Assembly: GCA_000320545.1 (NCBI GenBank)
Contig: ADNK01000008.1
Coordinates: 1-64,000 of the forward strand
Direction of reading: 5' to 3'
Source: Bigelowiella natans CCMP2755
Lineage: Eukaryota; Protista; Cercozoa
DNA length: 64,000 nucleotides
A model generated the notes under the pieces. That model saw only the letters and a program-made list of their open reading frames with translations, ran no database searches and had not been told where the DNA came from. Position 1 is the first letter of the stretch, and each line of letters starts with the position of its first letter. Below, one piece after another: positions 1 to 13,175 of this stretch. The position numbers and the translations under genes were made by a program.

Positions 1-539
1 AGATGAAGGAGAGGAACATCCCCTACTTCCAGAATTCCGAACGGAAGCAAATAACTGTTTTAGCCTCTTTGATCCACCACCTTCAAGTCTTACTAAGTGT
101 AGTTCTGTCGCAAACCAAGTGTATCTAAACCCCTTTTCCCAACAACAGGCGGAGCCACGACATGAGAAACGGGTGGTGTGGATGATCCCGAGAGGAATCT
201 CTATTACATGTAAGGGAGCGGCAGTTTGCCAACAACGGAATTTTTAGAAAAACGGAACCTCACCTACACCGACACCAGGGGGGGGGGGAGGGAGGAGGAG
301 GCCCAAAGGAAAATAGAGCGCCCCCCCCCCCCCCTCCTGCTGAACCCGGAAAGAGGAAAAGGAGAGGGCCGCGTCTCAACTTATCAACCGAAAGTATGTC
401 AGCAGCATTTTGACACTAGCAAGGAAGAATACTGCAACAATTGGAAGTAGAAGAAGAAGTAGCAGCCGAGATAGCAGTCACTATCTTGCCTATTATTGTT
501 ATTATTATCATTACTATCACTATTGTTATTCTTCTTCTA

Positions 540-2854
540 GTGGTGCTGACATTGCAGCATTCCACCCACACCACATAGACACTCAACGGTACCCTGAAAA
601 TGAGCTAAGCAGTTCATGGGAAGTCTCAAAATCGGGTTGTTTCAAGGTGATATAATAGCCCGCTCCCATGATGATGATGATGATGATGATGACGACAGCG
701 ACAATCGTAGATGTAGCAGTAGTAGTGCGGATAATGATGATGATGATGAAGAAGTCATTAGAAGATAGCCTTTTTGTTGGTATGCATGAGGCTCTAGATT
801 GCAGCAGCGTATCCTTCTCTTCTTCTTCTTCGTCTCCCATCATCAACACCATCATCATCACCAACATTTGGCAAACATCATCACACACATAATGCTGCCC
901 CTGATTCTCAATGCGACATCTCTTCCTTCCACCCTGAACAACCAAGACTCGCGGATTCGAGATCAGAAGAGAAGGCATTCTCAAAGCACCTGAGAAGCGA
1001 TTTGGAATAAGCAATGGCGGTATCGCTCACTCAGGGAGTAGCATCGATAGGGACTATGAGAGAAAGGGGGGGGGGGGGAGGGTAGTATCTGCCCTCTTTT
1101 CCTTTCTATCTCCACACCTCTCTTCTTCCACTATTCCTACTGCTGCTGCTGTTTTTGATTTTGGGGTCTATTGAATTGAATTTTGTCATTTTCATTGGTT
1201 CTCTCCGTTTCCCCTTATCATCATCATCATCATCCGCAGGAAGTACTAGCACGAAGATCAATGGAGGGAGGGCATCACCGAAGGGCCTCGTGAATCCGGA
1301 CTATCTACATCAGTTAGGCCGACTAGGAGGTAAAGAATATATATACGATAGTGTGTGCGTGTGTATTTTTTGTATTTAAGAAAGAGGAAGGGAGGGGGAG
1401 AGAGAGAGAGAGAGAGGGAGTAAAATCCCAAATTTGCAACATTATCCTCCGGAGATGGCAGCGATTTGCAGCAAGTCCCGTCAAAATATAGTATCAATAT
1501 TTTATTCACACACACCGTCGCATAACAACTCTCCCTCCCCGTCTCTCTCTCTCTCTCTCTCTTTCTTTCTCTCTTTCTCTCTCGTTCTGTGTACATTCCA
1601 TCCTCTGATATTGATGATGACGATGATGAAGGGGGGGCATCTGCTCATGTGTACAAGATGCTAAATACACGCTTCTTGAAGGGTGCAGAAGGTGGTTGAA
1701 ATAAAGGGGGGGGGGGGGAGGAAAAGATGGCAATAGTGCTTAATATATGAACCAAATATCTCAGAGATTCGAAAGTGCCAATAGAAGAGATAATTCTTGT
1801 TTCGCGACACGATCGTCCATATTATTATCGTCAAACAAGTGAAAAGTAGTAGTCCAAGTATTAGATGACCATTATATGTATACTATCAGCAGCAGTAAAG
1901 TAGTAGCGGTAGTAGAAGTAGTAGTAGTAGTAGTAGTGGGGCACTTGAAGCTTTAGTGAAATCCAGAAGGAAGGAGAGCCTGCATCGATTTATCTAAGAG
2001 AAGTTGTACGTACTGCTCTCAGAAGACGTACAAGACAGAGACGGGCAAGATGACCACAATGGCAACGACGACGAGAAAGGAGGCGATATGAGCAGCAGTG
2101 AGGAAGAATACTTACACACTAGCTCATCAGCACGAAAAATATACAACATAGTGGAAGAACATTTCATTTTCTTCTTCTTCTTCATATGATTCTCTTATCT
2201 CATTGACCTAAATCATCAATCCCCCATCGTCATTCATTCCCCATTTCCTTCTGTAACATTACGAACGGTGATAACAGGCCTGACGGACGAGATCTTGGTA
2301 GCTGTGAAGCAAATCCCTGTCGCGGACACGAAGCTCAGGCAGCAAATCGTGCAGGTTGTTACCCGAGAGACAAAGCATGATGTATGTATATTTATATAAG
2401 AGCGGGAAGAGTCCTGGCCTATGTTGTTGTTGTTGTTGTTATTATTGTTGTTATAATCAGTCGATGCTGCTGCTGCTTGTTTCGCTCTGATACTTACATG
2501 GAAAATACACAATTATATCGAACGTCTTCCTCCCCCACAACAACCTCTTATTACGTCAGGAACTACGTGTCTGCCAGGAGACTAGCTCTAGGTAGTAGTA
2601 GCAGCAGTAGTAATAGTAGTAGGATGAGTATACCGTCAATCAATTCCAGGGGAAGAAAGCGAAGGGGGGGTAGGCGCACATTCAACTAATCAGCCCTCTC
2701 TCCCTCCCTCCCTCCCTCCCCCCCCTCTCGAAGATACCTCATCGGCTACTTCGGAGCCTTCTTCTGTGATGGGACAGTAAATATTGCTCTCGAGTATGTT
2801 TCAGCATATATGCGTGTGTATGTGTGCGCGCGTGTGTATGTTTGTATAAGTAAA

Positions 2855-2894
<40 letters not shown>

Positions 2895-3446
2895 CTGAAT
2901 ATATAGAAGTGTGTGCGCGCTGAAAATGAAGGGGCGAGGAGTCTCTCCATGCACTAGTTAATGATGAGTGATGTAGAGTATATGAAAATATGCTTGGAAG
3001 CTGCGTCCTCCTCCATCGTCATCCCAACATCGTATAATATATACCTGCATACAGGTACATGAACCAAGGATCTCTTTCCGATGTGATGAAGGAGGTACTA
3101 AGATGGAGCATGCGAGCGAGCCACCAACGGCCAGCATGTCTGCAATGATTTTGCTACTGGCGTGATTTAATGTGGGTGGCGGTGGTGATGACGTGCGGTC
3201 GGTGATATTGGGCAAAGGGGCAAAAGGGTGAATAGAGTCATATGATCGTTGTCCTCGGGCTACAATCTGACATCATTATCATCATCCTGCTTTTTCTCTT
3301 TCTTCTTCCTCTTCTCCTTCTTCCGATTCCTTCATCACCAATCTATAAACGGTAGGCTGGCCCTTTCCCCCTTGATGTATTGGCATCGGCAACCCATCAG
3401 ATCTTAGAAGGTGTGCAGTTTTTGCACTCTAAGAAGGTAGTTATCA

Positions 3447-3482
<36 letters not shown>

Positions 3483-3611
3483 TACCTGCCCTACTTTGCG
3501 ATTTATGCTGTATTGCTCCATGATCTTCTTATTCTTCTTCTTCTTCTTCTTCTGCAGGTAGTGCATAGGGATATCAAACCCGAAAACTTGCTTGTAAACG
3601 ACAGGGGAGAG

Positions 3612-3652
<41 letters not shown>

Positions 3653-3878
3653 GATAATAATAAAAATAATATTAAGAATAAAAATATTAATAATGATACT
3701 AATACCACACAACACCGCCGGATATGCATCTCATGCTGAGAGAACAAGCAATCGTAGCGGCAAAAGGAGCGATACCGTCCTCACGTCATTAGTTGTACGT
3801 CCTATTCATAAAAAGCAAAAATGCGCTTTGATTCTGGGTCTTCGACTAGCTTTCGTAGCATCATACATCATATTTGTT

Positions 3879-3930
<52 letters not shown>

Positions 3931-5424
3931 AGGTCAAATTGGCCGACTTTGGTATTCTTGCTGAGCTTGAAGCTACCATCGGCCAACGCAACACCTACAT
4001 AGGGACGGCGGTGTATATGAGGTATTTGTAACAATATATGTCAATATTCCATTCATTTTATTAGTCGCGTGATCATGCATGCATGCTTCTACTCATCTAT
4101 AACGATCCTCCCCCCTTCCCCCCTCCCCCTCCCTCCCAAAAAACAACCATCTACTGGTGTATTCTGTGTTGTTTGTGTGCGGTCGTAGTCCGGAGCGCAT
4201 CTCAGCCCAGCCATACTCGTTTTCCTCTGATATCTGGAGCGTTGGCATCACCCTCATCGCCTGTTCGCTGGGAGAGAAACCGTGCGTAACTCTCGAATAA
4301 TCGACAGTTAACCGCATTTTGTCTCATAGCACAGCGTGCATACATACTTATGGAGAATTGAATCTGCAGCTTTGTTGTTGTTCTTCTTCTTCTTCCTCCT
4401 CCTCCTCCTCCTCTTCTTCTTCTTGACGTAGATTCGGAAAGCAGGCTGAGATGGGGATCTTCGGGCTCGCAGCTCGGATATGCGACGGAATCGTCCCTGA
4501 ACCAGGGAAACATGTGTCGAAGTCGTTCAAGATCCTCGTGGACATGTGCTGCAAAAAGGTGACGTGTCCTCCTTTCATTCCTCCTCTTCTGCTGACTGTG
4601 GTGAGTGCTGCGTATGGTTTCGTTTGTAAAGCCTCCTCCTCATCATCCTGTGGTGCTTGTGCAAAGGACCCACACGAAAGGGCAAAGGCGTCGGAGCTTC
4701 TAGGATACGAATTCCTGAAAGAGCATGATGTCAGGTCTGCTGTTTGGCCTTTTATGATGAGAAAGGTAGCAACCCAGTGGTAATTATCAGCGGCGAGAGC
4801 GACGATATACAGATCGTCTTAGTTCTCGCAGAGGAAGAAGGAATAGTGGTGGTGAGGAGGGAGAAACGTCTATGAAAATGCAGACGATTTTGTGTGTATG
4901 TCCTCCGTAATGACCTTGCGTGTTTTTGTAAATAGGAGAAAGGATTCCAGAAGATGATTACGAAGAGGCTCGGTCGTGTTCGGAAGGTTGCCTTTAGTCG
5001 CTGCACCCGCGAAGAATACGCACGCAGCTAATACGCGCAGAATTTGGCTGATCGAAGCATGTTTCTTATGATTTGTTGGTGCTGCAGGACTTGGAAGTCA
5101 TCTCAGAGCTATATGCAACGGAGATCATCGAGGAGGCCAGGCTGCAGCAGCAGGTGATGATGAGCACGTACGTGTGCATGTGCGTCTAGTAGAGGCTTCT
5201 CCCACCCACACACTACTCACCGGCGATACCTATGCGTGTCCCTCCCCTCCCCCCCCCTCGTCGTTTAGGAAGAGAAGTCCAGCTCGTTCGAGTACAAGCG
5301 CTCTTTGTTCCATAAGAGCAATTACTCGAGAATTGCAGAGCAGTTGGGGATGGTATCTGTTGACGACGTTGCTTTGGCGGTCGAGGCAAAGCTGAAATAC
5401 CTCCTATCTGATGATCGGGTCTAG
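540..5424 (+). CDS. MAP kinase kinase (MAP2K/MEK-like), multi-exon; 5' end unresolved and may lie upstream
   Basis: Spliced exons give the kinase subdomains in order with consistent phases: LGRLG|GGASAHVYK (1238-1691), ILVAVKQIP..RQQIVQ|ELRV (2278-2570), YLIGYFGAFFCDGTVNIALE|YMNQGSL, HRDIKPENLL (3558-3612), KLADFG..TYIGTAVYM|SPERI, SDIWSVG, ERAKASELLGYEF. Stop TAG at 5422-5424. Confidence 0.9.
3883..3926. repeat. (CT)n intronic microsatellite, representative of dozens of (CT)n, (CA)n, (TA)n, (ACT)n, (CAT)n, (CCT)n and poly-G/C tracts in introns
   Basis: Directly visible. Further examples: (TA)n ~2860-2888, (CCT)n ~11620-11658, (ACT)n ~11690-11726, (CA)n ~63175-63210. Confidence 0.95.
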
Positions 5425-5869
5425 ATGAGCATGTGTACAATGACTGCTGGATCCGAGCGCCTGCTGCCTCGATCCTAGTCTTTCCGGACGATACTTCCAA
5501 GGCACACATATATGCGTGTTGGGTATTTTGCTAACAACATTGCATACTAAAAATATGTACGAATCTAGGAAGGGGCTTTATTTCCCACCCCAGGTATGTG
5601 TGCAAATGTGTTGCTACATGCTAGGTCCGGACGAGTCCTCGACCAACGAACGTACTCTATGAGCATTATTCTGTTGTCGTCGTCGTTGTTGTTGTTGTTG
5701 TTGTTGCGCAGCGCTCCATTTACGCGTGCAATCCTTCAATTGTATTCGCGGCCTCATGCTCATGCTATGCACATGTACGCGCACATACGACTTATTTAGA
5801 CTAGATGAGGTTTTCCGGTTTTCCGCAGTATGCAAAGGCGAACGCACAGAGCGGATCGAGCTTGCATGA

Positions 5870-5879
5870 GACGGATGTA
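5870..5879 (+). promoter_or_regulatory. Recurrent 3' element GACGGATGTA, copy 1 (downstream of MAP2K)
   Basis: Exact 10-mer shared with 12572, 55446 and 60130; function unknown. Confidence 0.45.
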
Positions 5880-6590
5880 TAGACACACGTACAGATACAT
5901 TAATGTCTACATAGATAGGAATGATGTGATAAAATCTTTCTAAAAGTCATCCGGCGGCGGAGCTCGTATGCAGTTGCTGCGGGGCGCGGTCGTATAGCGA
6001 AGTACGAACAGCTCGCTCGACTATGTCTAAATGTATGGAGTTCATGTAGTCGCAACCAGCAATGCTGCAGTGTTGCGATCGAAGTGTTCGGATGAATGTG
6101 CATTTGCTTTGATGCTCGCGACGAGTCTGTCACAATAATATGCGCATTCTTTCTAGCATTGCAATCTTTATAACTCTAGCTAGAACTCATGATCGAAGCA
6201 GTCCCATGAAAGCGGAGCACTAACAAAAGGAACGAGACTAGCTGGCTAGGGAAAAAAGGATAAAATACTGTTGAAGCTTGTTATCTGCATGCAAATACAT
6301 GTTGTGCTCGAGCCCATGAAAGCATTTTTGTTTTCATGTCATTAATTCGCATGACGTGTCTAGATGTGCAAATTGTCATGTGCTTTTTAAGACGAGAGCT
6401 AACAGCCTGCTTCAATTTATTGAGAGTTGTAGCTGCGCACTCACTGCATTCATTCAACGATGAGCTTGCCTGATTTCTCATCTACACGCACGATCCATAC
6501 AACGTGCACAATGGTGGGAATTATTTATTTTTTTAACCTTTATTATCATTGAAATACAGATCCCTATCGATCTCATCGCTACTATAATGT

Positions 6591-6618
<28 letters not shown>

Positions 6619-6622
<4 letters not shown>

Positions 6623-8275
6623 TTCGACTTCACCATCTCGCCGATCAGCGTGTAGGCCCTGACCTCCTCGATCTTTACATTGACGAGTTGTCCCTTGAGA
6701 GCATCACCATCGCCATCAAAATACACTAGCTTGTTGTGGCGACTGCGGCCGAAAGCTTGCTCTGCGTTGCGTGGGTTGACTCCCTCAACGAGTACTTCTA
6801 GCTCGCGGCCAGCAAACCGCTGTGCGCGCTCCTCGGCCACCTCGTTCACAACGGCGTTAAGGCGATTTAGCCGATCGTTCTTCACAAAGTCCGCGATTTG
6901 ATTCTCCCACTCAGCTGCCGGCGTGTTGGGGCGCGGAGAGTATGCTGCGGTGTTGACGCGGTCAAAACCAATATCTCGCACCAGCTGCAACGTTCTCTGA
7001 AACTGCTCCTCCGTCTCCCCGGGAAATCCAACGATGGCATCACCGCTGATGGAAGCATCCGGCATAAAGTGGCGAATTGTGTCGATGATCGTTCGGTATC
7101 GTTGGTGCGTGTATCCTCGCTTCATCTCGCGTAGGATGTCGTTGTCGCCGCTCTGGAACGGAATATGGAAGAATTCGCACATCTGTATGTAGGGGAGCAT
7201 GCAAGGTTGCGAGGAGAGAAAGGAGGAGGAGGAGGAGGAGTGGGAGATCAGGAAACGTATAACGATGAACATGTCGTACTTTAACTAATCAGTGATGTAT
7301 AGTCGCATTGTCTTTATTATGGATATCTCTCTATTCATCCGTGGTTATTACCCCCCCCCTCACTGCCCTTCTTACTTACTTTTGGTAGTTCGCTGCAGGC
7401 CTTTATCAATCGGTGTGAGAAGTACCGGGGATGTGATGTGGCAAACCGAATGCGCTCGATACCTTATCATCATCATCATCACCATCATTATTACCATTTA
7501 TCATTTTGCGAACAAGCGAGGACAAAAACAGACGAGTCAGTCGCCAATGGCTGCTGGATCACACTTCAACTGGCCCAACCCGCCCCCTCAGGTGCAGTAG
7601 CAAAGCAATCGCACAATCATCACAAAAGCAGCCACCCCAACTACTACTACGACTACTACGACTACTACTACTACAACCTTTCACGTCGTGAACGTGGTTC
7701 AATAGGTCGGTGAATGTCCAAGCACGTCTTCCCGAGTGGTCATCAGCAAGGCCTGGGAGATCGCGTCCGTAAGCATCCACGTTCTGGCCTAGCAGCGTCA
7801 CCTCCTTGAAACCCAGATCAGCCACCATTTGCATCTCACCCTATTATTGTTATTGTTGTTGTTGTTATTATTATTATTATTATCATTATTGGCGAACGGT
7901 GTATGTGCGAGAATAAACAAGCGCGTTGAAACAACTCCTGTCATCATCAGCGCGCCCCCTTCCATATCATTGAGAGATATGTAGCGAGGGGAAAGATAGA
8001 TCGAGGACGACGAGAGGAGATGTTCGGGTGTGTGTCTGTTGATAACTGTGAGTGTGCGCGCGCGCGCGCATAGAATTCGCTCTACGCAATGATCGATGAT
8101 AGCGAGTTTGGTCATCCTTTCTAGGGACTATTAATACTTTGATGTTCTCTGGAAGGCGGCTCTGCTCGTGACCCCTTACGTTTGGAACAACGCAATACGT
8201 GCACTTTTCGTTGCACCCGTAGATCACGTTTACCTAGTCGATCGATTCATGATATGATGTTACTACAATTCGAAG

Positions 8276-8314
<39 letters not shown>

Positions 8315-8598
8315 TTTTAGTTCCACCCACTGTTACTAATCTTATTTCATCATCAATTCTTCTTATATCACCCATGCAGATATATCCGAGTCCCGCTTTG
8401 GCACAGTGATGTCCTCCTCGATGTAGATGTTTTCGGTCGCCAGGACTTGCTCACCGTCGCGGTTCTGCTCCAACAGCTGGCTGATACGGTTTGCATGCTG
8501 AGGACCCATTACAATATCCACCTGCAGCAGAGGATATGCATCGAAACGAAGTAGCTGTGAGCAATGACAAGCGGCGGCAAAATGTTGGATACGACGAC

Positions 8599-8636
<38 letters not shown>

Positions 8637-9579
8637 ATTCTTCGCGGAGTTCTGCATCATAGATATTACGTATCCTCCTCTTCGCCCTTGTCACACTATC
8701 ATCACAGCCTACAAATTCTAAAGATTTGTATTTCTTTGTGCCGTTTTGCTTGCATGACTCGCACAAAGTTAGCATCAACTCACCTCTGGGACTCTCCGAA
8801 GCAGTTGCTGGCCTTCCTGTTGGGCTACGCATCCTGCAACGATAATTTTCAAATCGCCCATGTGTTGCCGTTTCCTCTTCGCTTGAGATCCGAGCGCCGA
8901 GTAGACCTTGTTTTCCGCCTTTTCCCGGATGGAGCACGTATTGTAGACGAGGATGTCTGCCTTGGAAGCTTCATCGGTGCACTCATACCCAACCGATTCC
9001 AGAACCCCCGCCATTCTCTCTGAGTCTGCGAGATTCATCTGGCAGCCGAACGTGTGGATGTGAAACTTTTTCCTACGGGGTTGTTGTGCAATATGAGAAC
9101 ATATATGCGAAGGGAGAACATGAAAGAATAAGAATTAGGACATTTTGGGAAGCATACCTTTTCTCCCCATCTTTGTCGGTTCCCTCAAGTCCCGGTCTCT
9201 TCATAACTTGTCCATCTTTACCACAAAATTCAGCTGCTTCAATTTCCTCAGGACTCTCCACGACGTTCGGACGGATGAGGGTGCTTGGTCTTAGTCGCCG
9301 CCACGGTGTGAATACGCTGCGAGCTGTGGGTATCGTCCTAGTTTCAAAGGTAAAATAAGACTTAGCTGCGTCATAAGCGTGCTAGCATATCTTCTCTTCC
9401 GAGCAGAGAGAGGAATCGATGGCCGAGAGATGCAGCATATGGGGTATGCAGATACTAGTGCTAACAAACCTGAGAGAAGATGACGATGGCAACGAGCGGG
9501 GCGCTCTACGGATTCTTTGGGAAAACGTTCTACTATCCACACCCAGGACGATGCAGCTAAGTAGAGTAAGTAGCAGCAT
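6619..9579 (-). CDS. miaB: tRNA-2-methylthio-N6-dimethylallyladenosine synthase MiaB (radical SAM + TRAM) with signal-peptide and transit-like leader
   Basis: [18 protein letters not shown], radical-SAM motif [66 protein letters not shown]-terminal TRAM domain. ATG at 9579 begins [13 protein letters not shown], with an in-frame stop upstream. Confidence 0.95.
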
Positions 9580-9979
9580 CCTGGTTCCTTCAAGGAAGGG
9601 TCAGGAAAGGGGGTGGGGAATGGGTGATTATCCGGAGATTTGACAGAGATTCCAAGGAAACTGTCCGGTTCACATGAAATCTCCGGCCAAAAATATCGTC
9701 GAATTTTGAGGAAAATAGCCTACATTCGAACTCTGCGTCATCATTCCTCCCAGCATGTCTGCTGGGGCATTTTATGTTAAGTTGTTCCTGGTATGTTTGA
9801 TTTTTGCATCTTCATTCGTGTGTTGCTGCACAGGCTTTAGCCAGACTCTTCGTTGCCTGAACTGATTTTTATATAACCCGTATATATCGTAACATTTATG
9901 TCCAGATTCTCTATCTCCACCTCGGCTCCGTAGGTGTAGAAAAAAGGGAAAAACACGCGACAACGATCATTTCCTGAGA

Positions 9980-11378
9980 ATGGGGGCAGGACAGTCCGGT
10001 GGCCAGGCGACCGTCCGGACACCTTTTCAGTGCGCAGACTCTTTGAATGTGGACTGGAAAACTGCCATTCCCAAGGGTTCTAATAAGTACGTAGCAGAGA
10101 ATTTCTTTGTCTCATCATTAAGTTCTTGAGTACATGTGTTGATTGGTGGGCATTCGAGCAGCGTCACCATCTGGACTGGTACGTGGAACATCGGGGGATG
10201 TCGAATCAGTAATTCCAATATTCTTCATTATCATAAGCAGTGGTTAACATATACCGCCATTCTCATCAACAGACGAGGACTTGTCCCCGTGGCTACTGCG
10301 AGGGTTGGAACGTGAAGGCGGGATTGTTCTACCTGATGTGATATGTATTGGCCTTCAAGAAGTTGTACGTAGCATCTCGACTCTTTTTGGATACTACTTG
10401 CATCATTCGTCATCATGATATTCATCATCACCATCCTCGTCGCCATCATCATCTCAATATCAGGTTGGACTGACTGACCAAAAGCGACAATGCGGGTTTG
10501 CTATGAACGCTGCCAGGTCTTACGAATGAAGATCACTACATGTCTTCATCCGGACGGAGACTCCGGCACGCTGGCAGAATTGAATTTCCCTTTTTACCGG
10601 AGGAAGGGAGTGGGCTGCTTTCTATTTCGTTGGGTTGTTCCCATTTTCGAATTATCTAACCGTGTGTTCTGTTGCGCCGTGTGGCTGGATTGCTTTGTGC
10701 TGTTCAAAAGGATCGACCGCCAGTGCGCCACAATTTACAACTACACGAAAGACAACGTGACGAAGGCTTGGCGCAGGGTTGGTTTCAATGCAGCATCCAT
10801 GCGTATTTGTGACCGCGGCCGCTCTAGCAACAACGCATCGATATGCATGCAGCACCTGCTACCTCGTCGTATTCATATAACAAACTATTGGGTATTTGTA
10901 GACTGTGGAGAAGTGCCTGACGAAGGTGGTGATGTTCGCGACGGAGGGGTCATCATCGACAACAAAGAAGAAGGAAGATGAGGAAGATACAAAGACTCCA
11001 CAAACGGACGGAAGCTCACCACAAGATCCTTCATCAGAGTACTGTTGCGTTGTGTGCAAACAGGTGACCATCGTCGTAATGGTCCTCATTCTTGTTCTGA
11101 CAATTTCTTTCATATCATGTTGTGGTACTTTTACTTTTCCACAAACCCGTTTACTATGGTGATGTTATTGCTATTCAGATGGTTGGCATTTTGAGCCTCG
11201 TTTTTGTTCGAAGAAAATGGAGAAAGAAGGTCACCAACATGAGGACGTATCACATGGGAACAGGCTTCATGGGCGTAGGTTAGTAGCAATAGCAAGGATA
11301 ATTGCCACAACCGTCAACGTCGTTGTAATATTCGGCACTCCTCTCTCCTCGTTTACAACTGGGGGACAGGCGAAAGGA

Positions 11379-11418
<40 letters not shown>

Positions 11419-11690
11419 TCAGGTAAGAACAAGGGAGCAATTGGGTCATGGTTCGAAATCAACGGTTTAAGATGCCTCTTCGCCAACGCTCATCTAGATA
11501 GCGGCCAGGCGGCTGTAGAAAAGAGAAACCAAAGCCTTTCGCTTATTCTAAGTCCGCATTGCAGTAGATATATCGTGATAGAGTTCTGTTTCTTGCTCTG
11601 CCTCCCTCCCCTCTCATTCCTCCTCCTCCTCCTCCTCCTCCTCCTCCTCCTCCTCCTACTCCTCCTGTGACGGAATATAATCTTGACTCG

Positions 11691-11726
<36 letters not shown>

Positions 11727-12551
11727 ATTGTCCCGAAAAGATTTTGAAAAATCATATATCTTGCGAGTGAGGTGCCCTAATGCACGTAAATATTCATTAG
11801 TCCGTGTTTTCGATATCGCTTCTCTTCTGGTTGTAACATTTGGAACGCCTTCTCCTCTTACATGCTGCTGCTCCAATAAATGACTTACATCAGAGGACTT
11901 TCAAGTGCGGCATGGCGACGTGGATTTGATGTTGCTCGCTGGCGATCTCAATTACCGTTTGGATTTTGACAACACGGAGAGGGTAGGAGGGGTAGATATA
12001 GTGTGGTTGGTTAAGAGTGTGCAGCTGAACATCACCCCTCCTTGTTGCTATGTTGTTGGTGTCGCAGTCTTCGTTGAGATCGCTATATTTGAGCAGCAAA
12101 CAACCCCTTACTATTAACTTACTCTTTACGGCAGGTTTGCAACTTGATTCGCAATTGCGAATACAAGATACTCCTCTCTGCGGACCAGCTCGCCAAGCAA
12201 ATGGCTGCCGCAAAGGCCAAAAGTAATGGCGATGACGATGACGATGACGATGATGACGATACCGACGATGGTGCGAGGATTACAAAGTGCATGAGGATGC
12301 TGCGAGAGCCGCAGATCACCTTCCCACCGACGTACAAGCTAGTACCAATGACCAACGAGTACAGTGTGAACGAGAAAAACGGCAAAGTACGGATGCCCGC
12401 GTGGTGCGATAGGATCCTATACGTCGTCTCCTCCAACGCTGAGGCTAGCAAGGCGGTTTCGAACATCTTCTATACGGCCACCCCTCTGTACTCGTCAGAC
12501 CATAAACCAGTGTCTGCGTTGTACCACGTTGTGTTGGATGAAGATATATGA
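9980..12551 (+). CDS. Inositol polyphosphate 5-phosphatase (IPPc domain), N-terminus MGAGQS
   Basis: TWNIGG, ICIGLQEV, KQ|MVGI, GFMGV|GKNKGAI, FANAHL, LAGDLNYRL, DQL, ITFPPTYK, RMPAWCDRILY, SDHKPVSA, all joined by phase-compatible GT-AG introns. Confidence 0.92.
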
Positions 12552-12571
12552 TCATCGGCGGCAACAAGCAA

Positions 12572-12583
12572 GACGGATGTAAT
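12572..12583 (+). promoter_or_regulatory. Recurrent 3' element GACGGATGTAAT, copy 2 (21 nt after the 5-phosphatase stop)
   Basis: 12-mer shared with 55446 and 60130. Confidence 0.5.
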
Positions 12584-13175
12584 TTAATTGGTTGGATGAC
12601 GATATACGATCATCGACGGCAACGAGCGGCAATGCCATGAGCCTACTACTTTACGATGCACACACGCACGCTCATTATAATCATGCAAAAACAAATAGCA
12701 ATTGATCGTTATTCTTCGTGCGCTGTACACTCATTTCTTCTTATAGCATGGCCCAATAATGATACAGCACAAAAGTTGTAGCTTGCGCTGGGCATTTATA
12801 TCTGCGTTGTACGACGTATGCAGTCTGCAATGATTGCGCGGAAGCATGAGTTGCATGCATGTATGTTACGTAGCAAATAATGCTTCGATTCATATGATGG
12901 TATTGTTTAACAATATTTACAGCTGATATGATGGCAGCCGCAGCCGACATGATACTATCATCATTGATATAGTCACGTGCTTATTAACAAACAGTACTAC
13001 TTCGAAGCTGCTTGCTGCTTCATGCTTACTGATTATTGCGTGCGCCTATAGATCCGAAGACTTCTAATTCTATACTGCAATTTGCTCTGACCTTTCTTTT
13101 CCGCCATGCGCCATTTCCCCCTACTACTTTGATGCCAAGCTATCGAATCTCCAACGCGTACGCATTATACCCCCA

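Noticed and set aside
1-1010. Coding-looking stretches at 1-210 and 890-1010 (DISSFHP resembling DIAAFHP)
   Set aside because: I could not join them to the MAP2K with valid splice sites and phases; left unresolved.
10496-10516. 21-nt nucleomorph-like micro-intron in the 5-phosphatase
   Set aside because: A conventional intron from 10496 to ~10709 gives a better continuous model (..KRQCG|IDRQC..KAWRR|TVEKCL).
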